Position numbers and translations under genes: made by a program | In this document: in pieces, positions 26,392 through 37,183 of the stretch | Numbering within the stretch: position 1 is the stretch's first letter | How the letters are laid out: each line of letters begins with the position of its first letter | Assembly (NCBI RefSeq): GCF_036321535.1 | Contig: NC_087436.1 | Location: 50,284,001 to 50,348,000 of the forward strand | Direction: 5' to 3' | Length of the DNA: 64,000 nt | Origin: Camelus dromedarius | Lineage: Eukaryota | The notes under the pieces: generated by a model | The model's database searches: none | What the model was told of the DNA's origin: nothing | What the model saw: the letters and a program-made list of their open reading frames with translations, nothing else

Positions 26392-26940
26392 CACTAACGT
26401 TTATTGAGGTCTCCCTCCTGTCTTGTGCTGCTGAAAGGCTGTTGAAACTACTCATCCCCATAATTACCCTGTAAACTAGATTTTTTTAAACATTTTTTAT
26501 TGATTTATAATCATTTTACAATGTTGTGTCAAATTCCAGTGTAGAGCACAATTTTTCAGTTATACATGAACATACATATATTCATTGTCGCATTTTTTTT
26601 TCTGTGAGCGACCATAAGATCTTGTATATATTTCCCTGTGCTATACAGTATAATCTTGTTTATCTATTCTACAATTTTGAAATCCCAGTCTATCTCTTCC
26701 CACCCCCCCACCTCCTTGGCAACCACAAGTTTGTATTCTATGTCTGTGAGTCTATTTCTGTTTTGTATTTATGCTTAGTGAAGTAAGCCAGAGAGAGAAA
26801 GAAAAATACCGTATGAGATCACTCATATGTGGAATCTAAAAAAAATTAAAAAATAAAAACTAGATTTTTTTAAATCTTCATTTTTAAGTGAAGAAATCAA
26901 GGCTCGGAGCGTTCAAGTGTTTTGGGGGGGTTGCTAACAT
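26392..26940 (-). mobile_element. MIR split by the inverted L1
   Basis: ctaacgtttattgag...cataattaccctgtaa on the left; catttttaagtgaagaaatcaaggctcggag on the right. Confidence 0.65.
26491..26856 (-). mobile_element. Young 5'-inverted (twin-primed) L1 inserted into a MIR
   Basis: Minus-strand 3' UTR at 26491-~26770 joined to a plus-strand upstream segment at ~26771-26856. Perfect 18-bp TSD AAACTAGATTTTTTTAAA at 26473-26490 and 26857-26874. Confidence 0.92.
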
Positions 26941-27881
26941 ATGTGTAACCCTAAATCCCTTCTCACCTGCCCCCAAGAGACTAATAAAACCAAGTCTTGG
27001 CTCTAGAACATCCTGCTATGTTGCCGGTGAGGTCCATCTAAGCACAGACTACTTTATCCAGCTTGTAATCCACTGGACACCCTACCTCACCTGCTCTAAT
27101 CCAAAACTCACAAGTCAGGCCGGCCTGTCTGCCCAGGAAATTAAGATTATTTTCATCTGTGTGTCCTCACGATCAGACTCTGAAATCCAAGGTTCCAAAT
27201 GTCCAAAACCGTATAGCTATGTGTATGTATTTAGATTGTTTACAGAATACAATTATCCCAGGGAAGTGAAGAAATTCAAGTCTTGTCACCATGTTTTAAG
27301 AAACATCTACATCTTGGGATTTCTGGTTTACCCTCAGTGTGTTCGGTCATTCCAATCTGAGCAGAATTCTCCATGAAAAACCAGTCTCCCTCTACCTAGG
27401 GATAAGCGGAGCCGAGGGGACTCCTTCCTGGTGACAGAGATTAGAGGAAGGGGGAAGATGGGTGGATTCTGGAAGTGGGAGCAAGAGGAAACGACATCTG
27501 AAAAGCGAGGACAGAAACACACAAGCAGTAAGTTGAGTGAAATTCCAAAAGCCGGTGACACCTAAACAAAGCGCGAGGCACACGGTGCGCAGAGTCCTCA
27601 CACTATTTTCGAAAAATCTCCTGGGATCATGACTTACAGGTGAATGGTTTAATTGGTTTAGAAAAGAACAGCTCACAATAAATGTCTGAGAGCAGGGACC
27701 TCAGCAAAATATCTTGACGTTGAAAGAGGGAAAGCAATCTTGTAAAGATTTTAACTGCATCTGAGAAAGTGCAGTCCTTCCTAGAGAGTATCCACCCGCC
27801 AAGCTCCCACGAGGAGCTAGTGAATGAAACCCAAAGGGCGGGCTGAAAGAAAGCAGCACAATGGTAGCCCACGAAGGGGTT

Positions 27882-27928
27882 CGTCAGTGCCGCGGCCCCC
27901 ACAGCGTCACCGAAGCAGGGACTATAAG
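27882..27928 (+). promoter_or_regulatory. Candidate core promoter: two half-CRE motifs plus a TATA-like box
   Basis: CGTCA at 27882-27886 and 27905-27909, TATAAG at 27923-27928. No ATG between 27864 and the start codon at 28297. Confidence 0.5.
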
Positions 27929-28296
27929 AGACCGTAAAGCTCGCGGCGGCGCCTGAGCCTCGGTGCTCCAGCTGGCGCCCGGAACTCGCGCAGGGACCGC
28001 GCCGGGCTTCTCCGCTAGTGACTGCCCCTAACACCTTTCTTTCCGGCCATTTCATCCTTTCTACCTGCTAGATTAGCAAACTCCTCGGAGAAAGTGCCGC
28101 CCTTGCTCCCCATCACCTGAGGGTTGAGAGCATCGCTTAACCAGCAAGGGCTGTGATACCGTCCCTATTTCGCTTCCGGGAGGGGCTAAGGTCCGCTCCG
28201 CAGCAAAGCAAGCAAGAGGCAAAGAAGAATTTCACGGGAGTCGGCCCGGGCTGGAGGTGGGTGAGTCGAGGGACCCGGGGCTGCAGACCCACCGCG

Positions 28297-28844
28297 ATGG
28301 CTTCGCTCCCCGCAGCCGCGAACTGGACGGAAGGTGCAGGAACAGCGGGAGCGGACGCCGGGAGCCCGAGCGCTGCGTTCCAGCCAGGGGCAGGCACGGG
28401 GGTGGCTGAGCCTGGGTGGCTGCAACTGCTAGTCCAAGCTGGCAATCTTTCTGCTTCCTCCTCCACGTTGGGACTGGCCGCCGCCACCCCGGCGCCTTCG
28501 CAGCCCCTGGCCAACCTCACCAACCAGTTCGTGCAGCCGTCCTGGCGCATCGCGCTCTGGTCCCTAGCGTACGGCGTGGTGGTGGCCGTGGCGGTCTTCG
28601 GGAATCTTATCGTCATCTGGATCATCCTGGCCCACAAGCGCATGAGGACCGTTACCAACTACTTCCTCGTGAACTTGGCTTTCTCCGATGCCTCCATGGC
28701 CGCCTTCAACACCTTGGTCAACTTCATCTATGCGCTTCACAGCGAGTGGTACTTCGGCGCCAACTATTGTCGCTTCCAGAACTTCTTTCCTATCACAGCG
28801 GTGTTCGCCAGCATCTACTCTATGACGGCCATAGCGGTGGACAG
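28297..28844 (+). CDS. TACR3: Tachykinin receptor 3 (NK3R) coding exon 1: N-terminus, TM1-TM3, up to the DR of DRY
   Basis: ATG at 28297 in strong Kozak context (gcgATGG). Translation [10 protein letters not shown]...[18 protein letters not shown]...[24 protein letters not shown]...SMTAIAVDR is diagnostic of NK3R. Ends at GACAG|GTGAGG donor, 548 nt, phase 2. Confidence 0.98.
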
Positions 28845-31828
28845 GTGAGGAGAAGGCTGGGAGGATGGTGGAGGGAGAAAGAGGAGCTGGGCAGTGGGAG
28901 AACGTTACAAACGAAAAGGTGACAAAATTGGTTTGATAAAAGGAGAGGGACTAGAAAACAGTTCTTGAGGAAAGGAGGTCACTAAGCCATTTGTAGTCTA
29001 ATGATTGAGCCGGTTTCTGCTTCTACCGCCTCCCTACTCCCACCCTAACCCCCTGATCTCCGTTAGGGCATCTTGAGGGACTGAAGAAAGCAAATGAGAA
29101 GGACGGGAAAATGTGTCCTCCCAAGCAGGACAAACTCAGCTAGAAACAATACTAGCACATTTTCTCAAATGGCTTCAAACAACTGCCATAAAAAGATGTT
29201 ATCTGTAAAATGTACTTTCTGGTCTTCCTTCTCTGTCAGTCACTATTGCATACGAGAAATGAATGATGAGTTACCCTCCTCTTTCTGGTTTGCTGGTCCT
29301 CATCACCACCCATTCCAATCTCTATCCTTGCCCCAAAGCCAACACTGGTTTGGACTTCCAGTTATGCAGGATTTATCAGAGGCAACAAGCTCCCTCTAAA
29401 TGACTGCTGTCAGCTAAAAGTTTCCGCAGAATTTCAGATTAGATTTAACTTCCAGTAATCTGAGCAGGCCATGAGCTGGGTAAACCCTGCTCCTGGAAGA
29501 TGGCATCCAAATCTTTCAGATGATGGGCAACAAAAAACCCAAAGAATAAATGGTTAACAAATGAGACACACCGCCTTATAACTTTTTAAGATAATTTTTA
29601 GAATGTTCCCTCATCTAGAGTGGGGATTCTGGGATTCTTAAGCAATTATAAGAAGCTGAATAGACCTCTAATATTTGTTCTCATATTTAAGTTTTTTAAA
29701 TTTCTGGGTGCATTTGCTTTCTCATATTGAACATTATGAAATACCCATACTGTGTTAAAACAGTGGTAAATCTTTACCTGTTACTGAATAGTTACACTTT
29801 AATCAAATGTTATGCTAAAAAGATCCAGTAGATTCCAGTCTCCACTTTGTGATTGGCAGCTTGCATGGGGGATGCATGGGGTGGGAGGTGATGTCACTTT
29901 AACTTCAAGTCTCAATATTCTCATCTACTAAAAGAACACTTCTTTTCTACATTAGCAAGTTGTTTCAAAGTAAAATGAGGCTTAATACTGATTCTTACTA
30001 CATTAAGCCACCACTATAAGAGAAATTAAGAAAAAAACAACTTCCTGCCCTAAGTCCATTCTCTGTGTTTACTGTTTTGAAATAGTGAGCACAGAGGTAT
30101 TGATGACACAAATCTTTAGAAACAATTTTCTCATGCCAGGTCCAGAGGGTAAATTGAAGGAGCTGTGGTTAGTTGCCACTAACTGGGCTAAATAAGCACA
30201 AAACCACATTTTTTTAAGTCTCTGAAACTGCCAATCTTCCCTTTCCCCTTTGTCTCTGATATTCCACAAGTATCTCACCCTTTCATTTCTGTAGGGATTG
30301 AAGTGAGTACTAAGAAGAAACAAAATCAGCCCCAAGTTGGAGAACAGGTGAAATTGCCTCTAATCTTGCTCCACCAAGAAAGGACTGTTTCTTTGGTTTG
30401 AGCATCTTTCTTTTTTGTTTTGGTTTGATTTACTTTTCTTCATTCTGATCTAGAGGAGACACATTAGGATAGTAGGTTATAAAACTCTCACAATCTTCTT
30501 GAAATGCTAATAATGCATTATGAATTTTGATAAAAATTTAGTACGTGAAGTTGATATTTCAAGTCTGCGAGGGAGGTCATTTTCCTAATTCCTTTCTGCC
30601 AATATTTACACAAAATCTGAAATGGTCTTGGAGTTATTTTAACAGATAATATAATGGTATTTCACCACACTTACTGGTTTGAAATCGATAAATACTTTAC
30701 TACTTATTCTTTAATATTTCCTTACTAGAAAATATTATTTAATTACCAAAACATTTCAAAGTTTAGGAACACACAATTTCCAACAAAATCTGAAGCATAC
30801 CCAATTTGGATACTGACAATTTTTTAAAAATTGTTAATTAAAAAAACTTTTATTTGAGCAGAAAATTGACAAAAAGAATTACAGAAATAGAGATAATTTA
30901 TTTTAGAATCAAAGGCTATACAAATACAACATTTATTAGAATTCTCAAGTTTACCAGTCCACAAAATCTTTCTGCATTAGTGTTTTATAAAACATGAACT
31001 GAGAAAACTAGTCCTGTGGTATTTGCAGTTATTGCATTGATTCAAGTTGGCAAGGTTGACCCCTCTGAGGAAGTTCAGGTGAGTCATGGTGCCTTTGGTT
31101 GTGGCTGCATGGGCTTCCTGCCCCATACAGAACATAGTTAACAGTATGTGCTCAGAGAAATTATATTTTCCTATGTAATTAATGCTTTATTGAAGTAACA
31201 GTCAAGTTATATAAGCCCTAATTAGGTTTCAACTGATAAAGGAATACATCATTTAGACTGCAGTGTTAACACTTGGCTTGTCAAATTGTGAGTGTTTTTT
31301 ATCCCCATTTAATATAAACTGAATTGTGTCCTCACAGCCTACATGGAAAATGTATTCAACTCATTCTGTCCCTCTGCCTAAAACCAAAAGATCCTCTAAG
31401 CTTTAAGACTACTTCAGCTTTGACTCAGGCGCTTAGGTCTTTCGTTCATCAAAGTCCTTGCAACCTCCTATGACCTCAGAAATCTTAGACCTGAAAAGGA
31501 CTGTAGATATCACTTTAATAAACAACACTTGTATTTTACAAATGGAGAACCTCAAGCCAACAGTCACAAATTTTGCTGAGTAAAAGGTATTGGGTTTTCC
31601 TTGAAGTGTTTTGCACTCATTCTGCACTGAGAGAATTGCTTGATTTTTAATTCCACATTTTTAATATAATATTAGTAACTTTACTAAAAATTTCATTGTG
31701 AGTTCACAGGTTCTGATCTTATCCTGAAACATCTTATCCTTTTGCTTTGTTACAAATTCTTGCAAAGCTGTGTTTTTATTGGCAAATAAATCATCTTTCA
31801 GTTCTACACAGGCTGCTTCACCATCCCT

Positions 31829-31841
31829 ACACACACATATA

Positions 31842-31873
<32 letters not shown>
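31829..31873. repeat. (CA)n microsatellite, intron 1
   Basis: Direct reading. Confidence 0.92.
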
Positions 31874-33589
31874 GAGGAATTATTTGCCAATGAAAAGTCC
31901 CTGTTTCTCTCTACCATCCTTCACAAATTTGCCATTTTGAAATGTAACATTTAAACATAACATTTATCTAAAAGATGCTCAGCTTTCCCAAGATCACAGA
32001 GTTAAGCCAAGATTTAAACCACTGCAGTCCACTCCAGGACGTGTTGCATAGCCTCTCCATTCTTATGGCTCCTGGGGAGTTGTGATGACTGCAGGGTTTA
32101 ATTAGACAACATTATTACTTTCATTTAAATTAGAATTTAGCACTTGTTTATATGCTATATATCTTACATGTATGTATAACACATGTTACATATATAACCT
32201 ATGTTTTCATTGAAAATGTAGATGCTAGAAAATTATTAATAGAACAGTTAGTACAATAAAATCATTATCCTTTTAAATTTATGGCAAACACCACTTGATA
32301 TATGGGGATATTAGAAAATAGATTATATTTTGTTCCATTTTCTAAGCACATTTTTGAGGTTAAGTGAGAAACTCTAGGAAGGTTTGTTAATATATAGAAA
32401 AGGATAATTTCACGGCACAGGGTCCAGTATTGACTAAAATATTTAAAGAATTTTTTTAAATGACAGTCACCATATTTTACCAGGAAATCTTAAGGAAGTA
32501 ATACAATATGTTTTATTTAATACTCCAAAAGCATTAACAAACACAGAAAAATACTTTACATTCTTCAAACCCAGGGACACCTGATAGAAGTAATTATTAA
32601 AATAAATATTTAATCCAACTGAACTAAGTTCTATTTTTAGCGAGGTAGATTAAAAATTTATCTTATATGCTACACCTTGTTTTTTAATTTCTTTTTCATA
32701 AAGCTAACTGTTATGCAAAGCACTGATAGAACCTCTATTTCTTTTGAAATTTATTATGGACAAATAAAATATATAGTCATAAATAATCATGAGGCGTCAA
32801 TTTGGTAACAAATTATCTAAATGTATTGTGGTAAATTTTACCATTGCTTTAAATATTATGGATACAAACACCTGGTGAGTTTTTAAAAACTCCTTTATCA
32901 GTCTTTAATTCCAGTGCCTGAGCCAATCCCCTCATTCCTCCCTATTTTGGGGAAAGCCACTGCCCATGCAGTTACTATGCTTTATTAGTGTGACAGTAAG
33001 ACTTGACATTATTTAGCCCAGAGGATAAACTGCATGAGATTAGCCTAAGATCAATTGCTTTATGTTTGCATTCTTGGCAAAATAGTAACTAAAATTATGT
33101 TTTGGAAAAGATTATTTTTAGAAAATTTATGACTCTTTAGCTCTTTTTACAATCTGTAGTTCTTACTCAAGGATTTTGAAATATCTCATTTGCATTCACT
33201 AAAATTACTGCTGTAGTGAGCTGTGAATGTTCTATTAAAATTATAGTGCAAATTCTTATAAAATTAACCCTGAGTATATAGTGAAAGCAATAAATATATA
33301 TTAATTGAATGGATGAAATATAAGATCATCACAGAGTAAGATGTAATCAGAAGTGGCTCTTACATAACTAGCAGAACTCCACTTCATATCAAAGTTACAT
33401 TAACTACACTGGGAAAAAAAAGAATTTACATTCTATTTAATAGACATAAAAAAACCCTTGAATATATGACATATCCTTACACTAATAAAAATATATAACT
33501 CTAATATAAAAAGAATAAAAGTAGTAGAGAATTCACAAAAGAAGAAATAGAAATGTCTAACAAACATTAAATTATGGGTTGCTTATATT

Positions 33590-35255
33590 CTGTATTTCCA
33601 TTTCCTCACCTGCTATTTGCTTCTCAAGGCATTCAAATCTGAACTCTTTTCCCAACACTCTATCCAAAGAGCCTCCCTGAGGAATCTGGTGAGCACTTTT
33701 CAGTCCTAAATTTCCTTGACCTATCAGTAGAATTCCTCACAGGAGGTTACTGCCTCTTGGCTTCCAACTTTCCTGACCACCTCCCTCCCTCCTCAGACTC
33801 TTTTGCATGGATGTATTTTTGATTCTCTGCCTCTATGTACTGATTAAATGCATAGGTTCCTCAGTGCCAAATCCTGGCCCTGATTTTGTCCTTACTTAGT
33901 CTCCTCTCCCAAGTGATCTCATTCAAACCCATGGCTCCATTTTTCACTTTTGAATGAAGAGTTTCCATCTTTTTCTATTATCTAATTGGTTTTCTTATGG
34001 ATTATAGAAGATACATAGTAATCCATACAATAAAATAGATGAATATTAATAAATGAAAAATTAAAACTGGAGAAAATAGAAAATGAGAGCAACACCAGAG
34101 TGAATTTGTAATGTGGACATTCAGGTCAAAGACTCCTAATCGTTTACGGAAGTTAGACTTCAAACATGTCTCTGAGACTCTTGATGAACACACAAAAAAG
34201 AAAATACAGTTAGTAATATGGCTTGCACTCCCATAAAAGCAATATATACACATTCCTTGAGGGCTTAGGAACTTCCGATATATGAATTTCAAGAAATGTT
34301 TTGTATGGTTAGTTAAGAGGACAGTGTCCTCAACCACAGTGTCATAAATGCAAAAGAAGATTTCCCACAGGTGTTTGTTTAGCATTTCTCTGAGAAGGTC
34401 AAAGGCTTGTGCCAAAGCAGAACTCAGTGAATGAAGTTCTCAAGAATCCATCCAGTTGTTCAAATAGCTCCCAAATCTGGGGGTATAGCTCAGTGGTAGA
34501 GCACTTGACTGCAAATAGCTCCCAAATCTGTTACTTTCTTTCTATCACTACCCCTACTTCCCTAATACAAGCTACCATCACATCTTTCCTGGCCTACTGA
34601 AAAAGTCTCCTAACTGGCCCCCTCACATCCAGTCTTAATCCACCCTAGCATATGTAATCCATCTAAACATACGTAAGAACATGTTTCTGCACCCTTTCTT
34701 AGAATGCTGTAATGTTTTCCCAAGTTCTTATGAGAAGAATATTCTTACCCCAGACAGTAGTGCCTTGTATAGCCTGATCCCATGACCTGTCCGACTTCAA
34801 CTGATACCATAACTCAACTGTCCTAATCTATGTTCTAGCCATTCTGATCCTCTTTCAAGTCCCAAAATTTATGATGCTATCTTTTTGCCATAAAGCCTTA
34901 ATTAAACACGATTTTCCTTCTATTTCAAATTCCCTTCTACCAATTCCTCGTCAGCTGAATGTACTCCTCATTTAGATAACAGCTCAAATGTCACTTTCAA
35001 AGAGAAACCTTCCATAAGCCTCCCAATTTAAATGTCCCTTTATAGGTTCTCTTAGTACATATTAGTCATAGCATTTTTACATATTAAATTTCGCATTTAT
35101 ACTTAAGAATATGTGATTAATAATCTCCCCTAATAAGCTTGTAAACATTATGAAGACAAGTTCAGTTCTGTTCTTAGTCCTCTTTGCATCCTATGCCTCT
35201 CACGCTGGCTTGTACATGGTAAGTGCACAATCCAGACTGCTGAATAAATGAATCA
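33590..35255 (+). mobile_element. Fragmented L2 LINE hosting the tRNA-half insertion
   Basis: ttccttgacctatcagtagaatt, gtgatctcattcaaacccatggct, aagctaccatcacatctttcctggcctactg, cagctcaaatgtcact, terminal tgaataaatgaat. The 33970-34430 portion is unassigned. Confidence 0.7.
34479..34513 (+). pseudogene. Tailless retrocopy of the 5' half of tRNA-Cys(GCA)
   Basis: GGGGGTATAGCTCAGTGGTAGAGCACTTGACTGCA matches the 5' 35 nt of mammalian tRNA-Cys through the GCA anticodon. Flanked by the perfect direct repeat CAAATAGCTCCCAAATCTG (34461-34479, 34512-34530). Confidence 0.9.
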
Positions 35256-36533
35256 TAAAAGTCATCAAATAAATAAAAATTAAAGTGATGAGATAACTTT
35301 TTTCTGTTAAAATTGGCAGAGATTGCTAAGTATGTAATAAATGGCATTTTTACACACACTTTTAGATTGAACTATATGAAATGGCCAATTTTTATAGTTT
35401 AAAATGTCAATTAACATTTCATGTGGTTTAACCTAACAGTTGGGTATATATTGTCAAAAATCTTTCAGGGGTGCAATTTGCCAATATGTTCAAAGATATT
35501 TTTCAAAACAAAATTCAAAGAACTGAAAACAACTAAAAATCCCAATTTAAAAAAATGAACGAATAAATGATGGGTCATCTAAGAATAAAATTCTATGTAG
35601 AAATTTAAAAATCACACTTGAATACAGTATCAATTCTCTCAAGTCTCTAGGAAAATGCGCTAACATTAACATACATATCTAAATTTTTTCAGTCCATAAC
35701 CTTTGCTTGTAATCTATTTCTTGCTAGTCTCCAATTACTGCAAAGAGTCCCTAGGAAGGTCTGATGAGAGTTTATCAGTAGTCCTCTTTAGCACTTCCAT
35801 TCTGCCCACCCTATCCCCCAAAAGAAGAAAAAGAAAGAGAGAGAGAGAGAAAAAAGAAAGCAACGTCAACACTTCGGTACAGAGCATGACAGTTTCTCTG
35901 GAAGAAGCCACGTCTTTCTCCAGATGGCTGTTTTGGACATACTGCATCCAAATCTGCAAAACTCATAAATTACAAACTTTACCCTCTGCTTGAAGTTCCT
36001 GTGATGTCTATTTGTGTTCCAAATAGAATTTAGAACAAAAATCCTGTCCCTAATCTTTGCTCCACTAACAATTTCTTAATGACCAGCATTCCTTCATTTC
36101 CTACTTGCAACACATTTTCCCTGAGGCTCAGCTCTAAACCAAATGTCCAGGATGAGGAATTGGCCCTACCTCTTCTTCCCTATGCATCATTGCTTTGAGC
36201 ATAAATCATATTTATTGAGGCTTTCTCACTGGTACATTAAATAAATGCTGCAAAATGGTGGGGTTTGCAGCCCACCACTTCATTGGACAGAGTCAGAGCC
36301 TGAATCCCATTTTAGACTCAGCAGGATCTCTAACACATGAGGAATTTTTTGACTATGGATTGGGACAGTTTGATGTAATTCTATATGTGCAATAAGTTAG
36401 ATACAAATTTGATTTGCTGTGAATGGTGAGACTTTGGGTAATTTTGTTTTCCTTTATACTTTTCCTTTTTTAATTAACTACAACAAAATGCATTTCTTTT
36501 ACATAAAACAAAACACGTTATTAATTAATTAAA

Positions 36534-36660
36534 ATTCCGGAGAGGGATGATGGTCATGATTGCACAACAATGTGAATGTACTACTTAACTACACACTTAA
36601 AAATAGTTACAATGGTAAATTTTATGTTTGATATATTTTACCACAGTAAAAATTTTAAAG
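36534..36660 (+). mobile_element. L1MB-like 3' end with possible old TSD
   Basis: gatggtcatgattgcacaacaatgtgaatgtact...acacttaaaaatagtt...gtaaattttatgtt...ttttaccaca. Flanks tattaattaattaaa (36519-36533) and tattaattacttaaa (36661-36675). Confidence 0.8.
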
Positions 36661-37183
36661 TATTAATTACTTAAACAAATACTGTTTAAAGACCTAATAA
36701 TCATTCTGCTATATATGCCAGAGAGTTTGGACTCCAAAAAAGAACAACTTGCTTAAATTTGTATAGATATTTTTTAATAGATGCTTTATGGCAACATTTT
36801 AAAACACACTATCTAGGCTAACTTAGAAATCATGAAGACATCTTTGGCAAGAGAGAACTGTTAATATTACAATGAATAATTTTGCAAAATGTGAAATCTT
36901 TTATCCAGGAACCATATAAAGCTATCTCACCTGTGTGGAGTAATTTAGAATACTGCCTAAAGGTACAGGGATAAATTAGCTCAGGGTTTCTATTATTTAG
37001 TCTGGTATATGACAAAGGTTTTAAAATATTTGCTTAAGTCTCTTAGTTTGAGCTTGTGTTTTCATCAATGAATTTCTTTTCCTTCAAATCTGCCCAAGTA
37101 TCAAGGTTATTTAATTCTTCTTTTACACACACCTGTAAGTAAGAAAAATGTGTATCTGATTCTATGTAAGCAATAAGAGGGCT

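Larger units (their letters stand above)
27570..28850. promoter_or_regulatory. CpG island over the TACR3 promoter, 5' UTR and exon 1
   Basis: Sharp rise in GC content and CpG density compared with the AT-rich, CpG-poor remainder of the window. Confidence 0.9.

Noticed and set aside
26888..27376. 162-aa + strand ORF upstream of the promoter
   Set aside because: GTG start inside a MIR remnant, with no recognisable domain or exon structure.
28153..28296. 48-codon in-frame N-terminal extension in the ORF track (GTG start)
   Set aside because: No ATG. The ATG at 28297 has strong Kozak context and gives numbering collinear with known NK3R. An open frame of this length is expected in GC-rich UTR.
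28137..28658. 173-aa antisense ORF, plus the 168-aa alternate-frame ORF at 28416-28922 and the 142-aa ORF at 27627-28055
   Set aside because: Shadows of GC-rich, stop-poor exon and CpG-island sequence, with no recognisable protein features.
28705..28725. REST/NRSE-like motif TTCAACACCTTGGTCAACTTC in exon 1 (also a weak match near 27884)
   Set aside because: Several mismatches at core consensus positions, and the sequence is explained by coding constraint.
34479..34513. Functional tRNA gene or complete SINE
   Set aside because: Only the 5' half with the A box is present; no T-arm/B box, 3' acceptor strand or tail.
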